Shown here one piece after another: positions 1 to 9,171 of a stretch of 57,444 bases of DNA. The translations under genes and the position numbers were made by a program. The notes under the pieces were generated by a model. That model ran no database searches and had not been told where the DNA came from. It saw nothing but the letters and a program-made list of their open reading frames with translations. The DNA is from Caldisericaceae bacterium (GTDB lineage Bacteria > Caldisericota > Caldisericia > Caldisericales > Caldisericaceae). Each line of letters opens with the position of its first letter. The first letter of the stretch is position 1. The stretch spans positions 1 to 57,444 of the forward strand of contig JBMFRX010000009.1 in assembly GCA_049967855.1 (NCBI GenBank). Direction: 5' to 3'.

Positions 1-527
1 CCGAGCGCTGCCTGCATCGCGTGCCAGAAAGGAACCTGCACGGGATTTGCTAACCAATCAGGATTGAATGTAACCGTAACTGATTTCTCTGCGGCATTCC
101 AGACAACGTCTGCTCCAAGAGTGTCGCTTACAAACCTGATAGGAACAACCGTTCTTCCCGTTGCCTTAACAATCGTTGCTGGTGCATCGAGATACACAGT
201 GTAGCCATTTGCCTGAGCAGTTGGCTGATCAATAGTAAGTACGGCAGTGTTGCCAAGCAGTCCAATAGTTGCTTGCCTTGTCTTGTCATCCCACTTGACG
301 TCTGCTTTCATGTTCTCTGAGACGAATCTCAAAGGAACCATTGTCCTGTTGTTCATAATAACAGGTGGCTGGTCCAGTGTAACAGATGCTCCATTTACCA
401 AAGCATTTGTCTTCCCAATAAAGATTTTGATGGTTGTTGTTGCGTTGGCAGCATTAACAGGGCTTGCCACCAAAACACTCGAGGCAACCATCGCTACTAG
501 CACTAGCACTGAAACTAACTTCTTCAT
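1..527 (-). CDS. Secreted protein, 5' part only: signal peptide, copper amine oxidase-like N-terminal (stalk) domain and the start of a family-1 extracellular solute-binding domain
   Basis: Not in the ORF track because it runs off the window edge. Manual translation from ATG at 527 (SD GGAGG at 540-536) gives MKKLVSVLVLVAMVASSVLVASPVNAANA...PPVIMNNRTMVPLRFVSE...DVKWD...GRTVVPIRFVSDTLGADVVWN...VQVPFWHAMQAAL. The repeated RT(M/V)VP(L/I)RFVS motif marks the Cu-amine-oxidase N domain, and FWHAM marks the start of a solute-binding domain. Confidence 0.85.
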   Translation of the reverse strand, partial: MKKLVSVLVLVAMVASSVLVASPVNAANATTTIKIFIGKTNALVNGASVTLDQPPVIMNNRTMVPLRFVSENMKADVKWDDKTRQATIGLLGNTAVLTIDQPTAQANGYTVYLDAPATIVKATGRTVVPIRFVSDTLGADVVWNAAEKSVTVTFNPDWLANPVQVPFWHAMQAAL

Positions 528-658
528 AGCCTGATCCTCCTTATAAAATATGTTTCCAATAAAAATGGATAATCAACTATCAAAAACATCATTTACTGAT
601 TAACCAATTATTATTATATACTAATAAAGCAATTTTCAAAGCAAAAAAACCAATGCCT

Positions 659-1966
659 TTAAAATTCATACAAAATACCTTTGTCAAGAATTTTGGTTCT
701 TTCAAAAACCATAGAGAACCGTTCGGGAATCTGAGTGTGAATGGGAAGCAGAATATCAGGATTTATTTCTTTTACCATATTGAGGATTTCGACTTCTGAT
801 GCGTGCCCTGGGGAATGAATCCTAAAGAAAGGCATTTTAAAATAATTTATCCAGTTCTCTTGAATTTTGGCATTATGCGTGTCAACATTTGCAATAGGCT
901 CACCGCCAGATTGAATATATATTGCTCCACTACCAGGTTTTATATCAAGCAATTCTGGCATTGATTTGTAATTAAGCAGGAGAATGATTTTCTCTTGCCT
1001 TTCGTTTACAAATTCTGCTTTAACAAATTTATTTTTTATAGGCTCAGCCCAACCATCGATAGCGGCTTTAGAAGAGTAGACAAAGGTGCTCTCATCATTT
1101 AGAATAGCTGAGGCAAGAGCATTGCCTGCAATAGAAAGCTCCAATAGCGAAAAGGCATACGATTCAGTCATCACAAGTCTCCTTCCAAGGCTTTTTGCAG
1201 CATTGTAAAAAGTTGCAATACGTGCAATGTGCGGCTCATAAACGTTCCCTATGGCAAGTCCTTTGTATGTAGTTACGACAGCCCTTATTTCATCCTCAAG
1301 TTCTTCTTCGGATAAGTTGGTAACCCCTCCCCAGCCGATGCGAGTCCCTTCTGAAATAAGAATATACGGATTTAAACTCTTTGCATAATTTACAAAATTC
1401 TTCGTTTTCTCTTTTTCAATTCCAGCAAAATACAGGTCTCCTGTATAGATGACCACTCCTTTAGGTGTATCAATGATGTATGCAACTGCTCCTGGGATAT
1501 CGTGATCAACAAAAACGGGTTTAACTTTGAAACTGCCTATTTGCAATTCTTCCTCAATGACGTTCACGTTTTTAATATTGCCGTTGATTATGCCAAACTG
1601 TAAAAAATAATTAAGCATGCTCTTAGAGTACCTGCTCATATACTTAGGAACGGAGTCCTTAATGAAATTAATATTTCCGATATGGTCAAGATGAGCGTGA
1701 GAAAAAAAACTTCCTGCAATCTCGATGTCCAAAGGATTCTCTATTTCGTAACCAGAATTATAAAATCCTTTGAAGGGAGGCAGCTCTCCAAGAGCAGTAT
1801 AATCAGAAAAACCCTTCTCACTTCTTCCAACTATAGTGTCATTGAAAAAAGTGAAACTGGAAGCAAACCTCCTTCCAAAATCGAACTCAATACCTACTCC
1901 TTTATCCTCGATAAGAATAATATTTCCACCAATTTCTCTTACTCCACCAAAAAAACCTATTCTCAT
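659..1966 (-). CDS. MBL-fold metallo-hydrolase, RNase J/beta-CASP-like
   Basis: Motifs GGVREIGGN, DFG, SHAHLDH, VDHDIPGA, YTGD, SEGT, HSPGHA and PIHT; SD AAGGAG upstream. Confidence 0.85.
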   Translation of the reverse strand: MRIGFFGGVREIGGNIILIEDKGVGIEFDFGRRFASSFTFFNDTIVGRSEKGFSDYTALGELPPFKGFYNSGYEIENPLDIEIAGSFFSHAHLDHIGNINFIKDSVPKYMSRYSKSMLNYFLQFGIINGNIKNVNVIEEELQIGSFKVKPVFVDHDIPGAVAYIIDTPKGVVIYTGDLYFAGIEKEKTKNFVNYAKSLNPYILISEGTRIGWGGVTNLSEEELEDEIRAVVTTYKGLAIGNVYEPHIARIATFYNAAKSLGRRLVMTESYAFSLLELSIAGNALASAILNDESTFVYSSKAAIDGWAEPIKNKFVKAEFVNERQEKIILLLNYKSMPELLDIKPGSGAIYIQSGGEPIANVDTHNAKIQENWINYFKMPFFRIHSPGHASEVEILNMVKEINPDILLPIHTQIPERFSMVFERTKILDKGILYEF

Positions 1967-2001
1967 AAAAATCTCCTTTCAACGAAAAATTTAAGACACA
2001 T

Positions 2002-2030
2002 ATTTTATAAGTAATTTGAAAAAATTGCAA
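2002..2030 (-). promoter_or_regulatory. sigma70-type promoter of the MBL hydrolase gene
   Basis: TTGCAA (2030-2025), 17 nt spacer, TAAAAT (2007-2002). Confidence 0.6.
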
Positions 2031-2122
2031 GCATCTCAAAAAAATGTTTCAAACCCAAATTACAATATACTCAATCAGTTTGTTCACTTTTACTTCGATA
2101 AGTTTCGGAGTATAATAATTCG

Positions 2123-3061
2123 GTGAGCAAAATGCTAAAAGATAATTTGATTATACCAGAGCCTGAAAAGATCGTTCAAAGGACAACTGAATTCATAAAA
2201 GAAAACGTAAAGAACTTCGGAAGAGACGGAGCGATACTAGGAATAAGCGGCGGTATTGATTCAGCAGTTTCTGCTTATATCGCAGTTCGTGCGCTGGGAA
2301 AAGAAAACGTAATAGGGCTCTTTCTCGGAGAGAGGGATAGCGCAAAAGAAAGCGAGCAAGACGCATCAATGGTTGCAAATAAGCTTGGAATAAAGCTTAT
2401 CAAGAGAAGCATCACTAAAATGCTTAAAGATATAGGCGTTTATAGCCTTGAACCTTCTCCTTTCTTGATTCCCCGCAAATTACAGGAGCGCTATGTATTG
2501 GACAAATACAAGCGCCTGCAAAGAAATAACAAAACTACATTTCTTGAAAGCCTTGAAGGAGGAGGCGGTTCGGAAGAGCTTAAAAGAGGCAACGCCTACT
2601 TCAGAGCAAAGCACAGAGTAAGGATGGTTATGTGGTACTACTATGCAGAACTATACAATTATCTCGTAATAGGGTGCTGCAACAAGACTGAAAAACTTAC
2701 AGGTTATTTCATCAAGTATGGCGATAGTGCATCAGATATCGATGTAATAGCCGGGCTTTACAAAACACAAGTAAGGCAAATTGCAAATTATCTTGGGGTT
2801 CCTCAAAGAATTATTGCTAAGGCTCCTTCCCCTGACATAATGCCAGGAATGACCGATGAATTCGCTTTGCAGATGAGCTATGAAAAAATCGACCTCATTC
2901 TTTATGCGTTGGAACATCAGCTTGATGATAACGAAATCATAATAGAGGGAATTGCAAATAAAGATGAAATTGCATATGTGAAAGAGCTTGTTGAAGTTTC
3001 TCGCTATATGAGAAGCACTCCCCCAACTCCCATTATTGACGACTTGCTAAAGCACACCTGA
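2123..3061 (+). CDS. nadE: NH3-dependent NAD+ synthetase
   Basis: PP-loop SGGIDS plus NKTE, GYFIKYGD, LYKTQV and APSPD motifs. Start is GTG 2123 or ATG 2132. Confidence 0.92.
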   Translation: MSKMLKDNLIIPEPEKIVQRTTEFIKENVKNFGRDGAILGISGGIDSAVSAYIAVRALGKENVIGLFLGERDSAKESEQDASMVANKLGIKLIKRSITKMLKDIGVYSLEPSPFLIPRKLQERYVLDKYKRLQRNNKTTFLESLEGGGGSEELKRGNAYFRAKHRVRMVMWYYYAELYNYLVIGCCNKTEKLTGYFIKYGDSASDIDVIAGLYKTQVRQIANYLGVPQRIIAKAPSPDIMPGMTDEFALQMSYEKIDLILYALEHQLDDNEIIIEGIANKDEIAYVKELVEVSRYMRSTPPTPIIDDLLKHT

Positions 3062-3115
3062 TATAAATTTTCCATAATTAAGTATACTATGATATGAATT
3101 ACTTTAGAGGCGAAT

Positions 3116-4003
3116 GTGGATAAATCAGATGCCCTTCAAAAATTCACCGTTAACCTTGCTATGAAAGGCTATTCGCCAACAACCATTAGGAATTACACCT
3201 ACATAATAAAGGAATTTCTTAGAACTTACGACTATCCCGATTACGAAAATACAAAAAACTACTTTTCAAAAAAGCAGGGTATTACAAGAAACTCTCGTGC
3301 AACACAAACAAGAATCTTGAGAAGTTTTGCAAAATTCATACAAAAAGAATACAAGGCTAATTTTGATTTGCCTGACGTACCCAAGAGTTCCACAACATTG
3401 CCAGTGTTCCTCACAAAGGCAGAGGTTTCCAGGCTCCTTACTGCAGCATCTTCCAATATCAGAGATATCACAATACTCTCTTTTATAATTTTTACTGGGG
3501 TTAGAGTAAGTGAACTCGTCGATTTAACAATTGAAAACGTAAACCTCAAGGACAATTACGCAAGAGTAAGAGGAAAAGGAGACAAAGAGAGGATAATTCC
3601 GATTGCTCCAGATTTATCGAGAATGCTTAAAACCTATCTATCAACAAGAAACAACGATTCTGAGTATCTATTTACAAGCAAGTTCGACGATAGATTCACT
3701 CCACTTTCGATACAGCTAATGGTGAGGAAATATTCTCTGAAGGCAAAGCTTGGCAAACGGATAACGCCTCACAAACTGAGGCACACTTTTGCAACACTCG
3801 CCCTTGAAGCAGGAGTAAGCCCAATTACGATAAGTGAGCTGCTTGGCCATAGTTCGCTCAATACCACAATGAAGTATACTCACGTTACAAGCAAGCTTGC
3901 AGAAGATGCAGTCAAAAAGATTAGCAAGAGTGCAAGCCTTTCTGCATTCACGAAGAAAAACAAATTGCCCCAGAAGAAAAACCTGGGGCAAAGTGAAAAC
4001 TAA
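3116..4003 (+). CDS. XerC/XerD-family tyrosine recombinase
   Basis: Catalytic residues are intact: TGVRVSE (R), GKGDKER (K), HKLRH, LLGH and TTMKY. N-terminal YSPTTIRNY SAM-like domain. Confidence 0.9.
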   Translation: MDKSDALQKFTVNLAMKGYSPTTIRNYTYIIKEFLRTYDYPDYENTKNYFSKKQGITRNSRATQTRILRSFAKFIQKEYKANFDLPDVPKSSTTLPVFLTKAEVSRLLTAASSNIRDITILSFIIFTGVRVSELVDLTIENVNLKDNYARVRGKGDKERIIPIAPDLSRMLKTYLSTRNNDSEYLFTSKFDDRFTPLSIQLMVRKYSLKAKLGKRITPHKLRHTFATLALEAGVSPITISELLGHSSLNTTMKYTHVTSKLAEDAVKKISKSASLSAFTKKNKLPQKKNLGQSEN

Positions 4004-4012
4004 AATCTACTT

Positions 4013-4663
4013 CTATTTATCTTCAAATTTCTTGTGACAGAACCACCAGTCAAAACAATCGTATTTTTGTGGCCGTTCCTGAGCAGTTTTAACGTCGGCT
4101 GCAGGAGGTATAATCACATCGCTCTTAATCAACTCATTGTTAGGCCATCCAGCTGGCGTTGCAACGCCAAGTTTGTCTGTTGTCTGAAGAGCTTTAAGAA
4201 CACGCAAAATTTCATCAATGTTCCTTCCTACTTCCTGAGGATAGTAGAGCATCAGTCTTATGATACCCTTATCATCGATTATAAACACGGCTCTTACTGT
4301 GTTTGTCCCTTTCCCAGGGTGAATCATACCAAAAGCTTCGGCTACTTTTCCTGTGCCGTCTGCAATAATCGGGAATTGAATTTCAACTCCCAATTTCTCC
4401 TTAATCCAGTCAACCCACTTTATGTGCGATTGCACCTGGTCAATAGACAAACCAAGAAGCTCTGCATTCAACTTCTTGAATTCGTCAAAACGCTTCTGAA
4501 ACGCCACAAACTCTGTAGTGCAAACAGGAGTAAAATCTCCTGGATGGCTAAACAAAACAAGCCACTTACCCTTGTAATCACCAGGAATCATTTTCTTCCC
4601 AAATGTCGTCATAACCTCCATTTCTGGAGCCATTTCGCCAAGTAGCGGAATTCTTCCTTCCAT
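4013..4663 (-). CDS. Peroxiredoxin (Prx6/archaeal-type AhpC family)
   Basis: [15 protein letters not shown] peroxidatic motif, [10 protein letters not shown]-terminal CFDWWFC. Confidence 0.95.
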   Translation of the reverse strand: MEGRIPLLGEMAPEMEVMTTFGKKMIPGDYKGKWLVLFSHPGDFTPVCTTEFVAFQKRFDEFKKLNAELLGLSIDQVQSHIKWVDWIKEKLGVEIQFPIIADGTGKVAEAFGMIHPGKGTNTVRAVFIIDDKGIIRLMLYYPQEVGRNIDEILRVLKALQTTDKLGVATPAGWPNNELIKSDVIIPPAADVKTAQERPQKYDCFDWWFCHKKFEDK

Positions 4664-4697
4664 ATTTCACCTCCATATATATTTTACTACTAAAACA

Positions 4698-4744
4698 ATT
4701 TTATCACAATTTTTTTCCCTGTCAATACTTTATAATGATTTTAA
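4698..4744 (-). promoter_or_regulatory. Peroxiredoxin promoter with adjacent PerR/Fur-type 7-1-7 box
   Basis: On the minus strand: TTGACA (4725-4720), 16 nt spacer, TGA-TAAAAT (-10 at 4703-4698). TTATAATGATTTTAA at 4730-4744 is one mismatch from the PerR consensus TTATAATNATTATAA. Confidence 0.55.
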
Positions 4745-4802
4745 ATTACACAATTTTGGAAAATGCCGAATTAAGTTATAATAACTACGCAAAAGGTGAA
4801 AA

Positions 4803-6377
4803 ATGGCAAAGACAATACTTGAAATTGTTAAAGAAGTAGATTACCCTTATACGTGTGCTATCGTAAACAACCAGAGAATGGGGTTTCTTGACGAAGTTGA
4901 GGAACCGAATAGCGTTGAACTGCTCTCTGTTGAAGAAGGAGAGGGCAGAAGAACATATGAAAGAACCCTGGCATTTCTTACAATGGTTGCCTCAAGGAAA
5001 ATTGACCCACTGTCTCGTCCATATATTATGTATTCGATACGCGACGCACTTTACGGCGAGATTTCAAGCAAGAACGAGAACATAGTATCACTTATAAAGG
5101 AAGAAATCACGAAATTAATTGCAGAGGACAAACCAATAAAAAAGTATGAACTTACCAAGGAGAGTGCTATAAGAAGGCTTGAGAAAGAAGGCCGCTACGA
5201 TGTAAATGCAATAAGGTATCTGTCAAAGGACACGATAACACTTTATTCTCTTGACGATTCTTCCATCTATTTTGCAGGACCGCTTCTTCCAAGGACTGGA
5301 ATGGTAAAGCTCTTTGACTTCATACCATTTCCTCCAGGCTTTATAATACTGCTGCCCAAGAGAACAGATATAAAAGAACTCGGCCCCGTACCTAAGAGAC
5401 AAAAACTATTTGAAGCCTTTCTTGAAGCAAAAAAATGGGGAGAAGAGCTTGAAGTGCAATCCGTTGGAGACATAAACAAGAGCATCACCAACGGCAAAAT
5501 ATCAAATATAGTCAAAATCCAGGAAGCGCTTCACGAAAAGAAAATAAGTTACATTGCAGACAAAATAAGAGAGAGTGGCGCAAGGGTTGTTCTTATCTCA
5601 GGCCCGAGTTCTTCAGGCAAAACAACCTCGGCTAAAAAACTTGAAATTGCCTTGCGAGTTAACGGTATGAAGCCTTTCATTGTTTCTACAGATAATTACT
5701 TCGTTGATAGAGATAGGACTCCAATTGGCAAAGACGGCAGTCCCGACTATGATTGCATAGAAGCCACCGACTATAAACTGCTGCAACAGCACATAATCGC
5801 CCTGACAAATGGGGAAGAAGTTGAGATTCCAAGGTTCAATTTCGTAACAGGCAAGCAAGACAAGTGGAGGAAGATTCGCCTAAACCAAAACGGAATTCTA
5901 ATTATCGAAGGAATACACGCCCTAAATCCGCTTTTGACAGAGTCAATTCCCGCAAGACTGAAATTCAAACTCTATGTAAGCGCCCTAAGTCAGGTAAACA
6001 TCGACAACCTCAATCGAATTCCAACAAGAGATTCGAGGCTCATAAGGCGCATAGTGAGAGACAACCAGTTCAGGGCAATTTCCGCTCAGGAAACTCTGAG
6101 GCGCTGGAATGGAGTCATTGAGTCAGAAGAAAAATACATTTTTCCGTTTCAGGAAAATGCAGATGAAGTGTTCAATTCAACACTCATATATGAACTTGCC
6201 GTTTTGAGAAACTATGCAGAAGTGCCCCTAAGAGCAATCGATTACAAAGAGAAGGAATATGCCGAAGCACTGAGGCTTTTGAACTTTCTATCGCATTTCC
6301 TGCCGCTCATGCCCGACGAAGTACCTCCAACATCAATACTAAGGGAATTTATCGGCAAAAGCACTTTCAAATATTAG
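4803..6377 (+). CDS. Nucleoside (uridine) kinase/PRK-family protein with ThrRS-like N-terminal region
   Basis: Walker A GPSSSGKTT plus IEGIHALNP, RLIRRIVRD and SILREFIG. Confidence 0.85.
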   Translation: MAKTILEIVKEVDYPYTCAIVNNQRMGFLDEVEEPNSVELLSVEEGEGRRTYERTLAFLTMVASRKIDPLSRPYIMYSIRDALYGEISSKNENIVSLIKEEITKLIAEDKPIKKYELTKESAIRRLEKEGRYDVNAIRYLSKDTITLYSLDDSSIYFAGPLLPRTGMVKLFDFIPFPPGFIILLPKRTDIKELGPVPKRQKLFEAFLEAKKWGEELEVQSVGDINKSITNGKISNIVKIQEALHEKKISYIADKIRESGARVVLISGPSSSGKTTSAKKLEIALRVNGMKPFIVSTDNYFVDRDRTPIGKDGSPDYDCIEATDYKLLQQHIIALTNGEEVEIPRFNFVTGKQDKWRKIRLNQNGILIIEGIHALNPLLTESIPARLKFKLYVSALSQVNIDNLNRIPTRDSRLIRRIVRDNQFRAISAQETLRRWNGVIESEEKYIFPFQENADEVFNSTLIYELAVLRNYAEVPLRAIDYKEKEYAEALRLLNFLSHFLPLMPDEVPPTSILREFIGKSTFKY

Positions 6378-6397
6378 AAGTCTCTGCGAAGTTCGTG

Positions 6398-6952
6398 CTA
6401 TAGGCCAAGCTCAGAGGAAATCCCCTGCATAGCATTGAGCGCAAGCTCAAGGAAATCATCAAGAGGAATGCCAAGATCTTTTTCACAGGCTGCTATCTGA
6501 TCCCTGTTTGCACCTGCCGCAAAACTTTTCTCCTTAAACTTCTTTTTCATTGATTTTAGCTCGACAGAGGTAAGCTTTTTGTCAGGGCGGACAAGAGCAA
6601 CTGCAATTATAAATCCAGTAACAGGGTCAGCCACCCATAGAGCCTTGTCAAGCAAAGACTCCCGAACAACACCGTGCCTTTCGTTATGTGCAAGAACAGC
6701 GTGAACTAAATCTTCTGGCAAGCCCATTTCTTTGAGCCATTCGGCGCCAATCAAGCTATGTTTATCAGGGTCTTCTTTAGTAACTTCATAATCTATATCA
6801 TGAAGTAGACCTGTGATACCCCATTTTTCCTCGTCCTCACCAAATTTTACAGCAAGAGCACGCATGACAGCCTCAACAGAAAGCATATGTTTGATGAGAT
6901 TTTCGTCGTGCACTTTCTCAATCAGAGTATTGTATAGTGATTCTCTATCCAT
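6398..6952 (-). CDS. HDIG/HD-domain hydrolase
   Basis: KHMLSVEA, GLLHDIDY, AHN and KFKEKSFAAG motifs. Confidence 0.85.
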   Translation of the reverse strand: MDRESLYNTLIEKVHDENLIKHMLSVEAVMRALAVKFGEDEEKWGITGLLHDIDYEVTKEDPDKHSLIGAEWLKEMGLPEDLVHAVLAHNERHGVVRESLLDKALWVADPVTGFIIAVALVRPDKKLTSVELKSMKKKFKEKSFAAGANRDQIAACEKDLGIPLDDFLELALNAMQGISSELGL

Positions 6953-6955
6953 AAG

Positions 6956-8551
6956 CTAAACCTCCATATTTTTGAAGACAGTATAATCAATAAACCCAAA
7001 AATACTATCCCTTTGCTCAAGATAATCGAGAAAATCCTCATCGATTTTTTCGTTAAGCAAGTCCTCATAGAGCTTATTAAAAGCATTGATATGAAACTTC
7101 TCTTCTGAGGTTGCAAAATCAACTGCAGTGCCAACCGTTATCAGGAAGGCCCAATCACTGGAATCAGCAAGAAGCACCTCTTTCGCCATTTGATTCAACA
7201 CTCTTCTCTCTATCAAGTTTGAAGGTTTAAATGAGTTTGCAATAGATGTCATTCTCTTCCCCAGAACATTGAGATGAGCATATATCCAATCCGTTTTATC
7301 GTTTAACCAGACTTTGAAGTACCCGCCATCACCCCAGGTTGAAGAAGCAGGGGAAACAATCTGTTCAAATGGGTATTTGTCAAGATACCCGCTTAGGCTT
7401 ATAGTTTCGATGACTTGCGAGTCATAAAAGGCTTTTCTGAAGAAATCCTCGAGAAAGTCTGGGCCTTCGAACCACCAATGACCAAAGAGCTCGGTATCAA
7501 AAGGGGCAACCATTAATGGTTCTCTATCCATAATACTTTCGAGGTACTCTGCCTCTCTTTCCCGGTTAAAAAGAAAGTTGCCCGCATGCATTTGAGCTGT
7601 CTCTTCAGCCTTTTGCCTGTTGTATATCTGCTTTTCACCCAGAGGAACTTTACCTGTAATTTTATGGAGCTTTATGCCAGAATCAAACCTGAACCCAGCA
7701 GGATGAAGGTATTCCTTCACCTCGCTTTCAGTCAAGTCATAAGCAACGTCCCTGTAGAACTCCCTGTAATTGAAATCGCCAGGGTATCCTTCCTGAGCAC
7801 TCCAAACTTGTTTTGACGCTTCAGGGTCTCTTCCGAAGAAAGCAACGCCACTCTTCGAGATTACAGGAGCAGCTATCCCATAAACAGGTGCGGGTACCGC
7901 ATTGAGAAGGCCGTGAGTGTCAAGTATCGTAAACTTTATACCATTCTGTGAAAGTAGTTTGTCAACTCCTTCCGTATATGCACATTCACCCAGCCAGATT
8001 CCATCAGGCTGCTTTCCAAATGCTTGCTTGTATGATTGTACTCCCACTTTAACCTGTGCAGAGCGCACACTTTGGTTAGCTTCAAGTGGCAAAATTTCAT
8101 GAGTTGCAGTGCAGGTGATTACTTCAACAAGACCCTCTTCCTGGAGTTTCTTAAAACCCGAAACTATGTTTCCCCCCAGCACATTTTCAAAAGTATCAGA
8201 AACAATTCTGAGCCTTTCCTTATAAAAACTGAGCACGTCAAATACTTCCTGTGCGTTTTTCTTGCTCATAATTTCGTCAAGGAGAGCCATCCTGCTTGCA
8301 AGATAACTCTTGTACCTTGACATCAACAAATCGTCCTGCAACATATTTACAAGCGGAGGGGTAAAAGACATTGTAAGGTGAAATCGAACTCCTTCTCTTC
8401 TCAAACGCTCGAAAGAGATGTAGAGTGGAAGATAAGTTTCAGTTATTGCTTCGTAGAGCCAATTTTCTTCAAGAAAATAATCTTCTCCGGGCTGTTTTAT
8501 AAATGGGAGATGGCTGTGCAAAACAATAGCAACATAACCTTTTTTCTTCAT
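6956..8551 (-). CDS. GH57 1,4-alpha-glucan branching enzyme (DUF1957 type)
   Basis: HSHLP, ETYLPL, IWLGECAY (nucleophile Glu), PFDTELFGHWWFEG and SSDWAF. Confidence 0.92.
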   Translation of the reverse strand: MKKKGYVAIVLHSHLPFIKQPGEDYFLEENWLYEAITETYLPLYISFERLRREGVRFHLTMSFTPPLVNMLQDDLLMSRYKSYLASRMALLDEIMSKKNAQEVFDVLSFYKERLRIVSDTFENVLGGNIVSGFKKLQEEGLVEVITCTATHEILPLEANQSVRSAQVKVGVQSYKQAFGKQPDGIWLGECAYTEGVDKLLSQNGIKFTILDTHGLLNAVPAPVYGIAAPVISKSGVAFFGRDPEASKQVWSAQEGYPGDFNYREFYRDVAYDLTESEVKEYLHPAGFRFDSGIKLHKITGKVPLGEKQIYNRQKAEETAQMHAGNFLFNREREAEYLESIMDREPLMVAPFDTELFGHWWFEGPDFLEDFFRKAFYDSQVIETISLSGYLDKYPFEQIVSPASSTWGDGGYFKVWLNDKTDWIYAHLNVLGKRMTSIANSFKPSNLIERRVLNQMAKEVLLADSSDWAFLITVGTAVDFATSEEKFHINAFNKLYEDLLNEKIDEDFLDYLEQRDSIFGFIDYTVFKNMEV

Positions 8552-9171
8552 TTGCCCTCTTTCGGATATCTTATATACTTTATCTTTTTTGCTTCTTCGT
8601 TAATTTTCTCTTTCTCTTCCTCCATTTTCTTACTCACTGAAGCAACTTTAACCGACTTTTTCTCTGGCACTCCAACACGCCCAAATTCAATTTTGCCATC
8701 TTTGATAGGTTTGCTTCTTGGCACAGAAACTGGTTGCGAAGAAACAATCTCCCTGAATTTTCCTCTGTAAGCAGTTCCAACAACAGCAATAAAATTCTTG
8801 CCTTCATCAACCCGAACATACCCTTTCCCTGAAGGAAATTTGACAGGAAGCGAAACGAATTCCTTCTCTCCCTCCAGTATTTTGAGGACTCCTTCTTTGC
8901 TCTTTGAGTCCTTCTCAGAAATCTCCCAGCTTACAAAGACAGTGCCAGGTTCCTTGGGCAAAAATTCAAGATGGGTCTCTTCGTATCGTGCTGGAACTTC
9001 TCCCTTAAGTGCCTCCTCAGTCTCTTTTATCTTCTTGAGAGGCTTTTTGGAAGACTTAATGGCGAGAATAAGATCGGACTTTTTCAACTTGCCTGGATTC
9101 TTAATACCTTTCGTTCTTGCAATTTCCATCAATTCTTTTCTGGTCATTTCTTCATATTTCTTCTTCACCAC
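8548..9171 (-). CDS. Rho-N-like helical domain plus DUF4912-like protein
   Basis: N-terminal MTRKELMEIARTKGI...LKKSDLI (Rho_N-like), then VPARYEET...PKEPGTVFVSWEI. Typical neighbour of GH57 branching enzymes. GTG start with SD GGAGG. Confidence 0.7.
   Translation of the reverse strand: MVKKKYEEMTRKELMEIARTKGIKNPGKLKKSDLILAIKSSKKPLKKIKETEEALKGEVPARYEETHLEFLPKEPGTVFVSWEISEKDSKSKEGVLKILEGEKEFVSLPVKFPSGKGYVRVDEGKNFIAVVGTAYRGKFREIVSSQPVSVPRSKPIKDGKIEFGRVGVPEKKSVKVASVSKKMEEEKEKINEEAKKIKYIRYPKEGK

Noticed and set aside
247..534. 95-aa plus-strand ORF, and the many other short antisense or overlapping ORFs in the track (e.g. 4034-4645, 24846-25544)
   Set aside because: They are shadows of well-supported genes on the opposite strand or in another frame, with no motifs or SD.
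3116..4003. Recombinase as an integron, prophage or ICE integrase
   Set aside because: No IntI-specific insertion, attC array, phage or conjugation genes, and no adjacent tRNA target.
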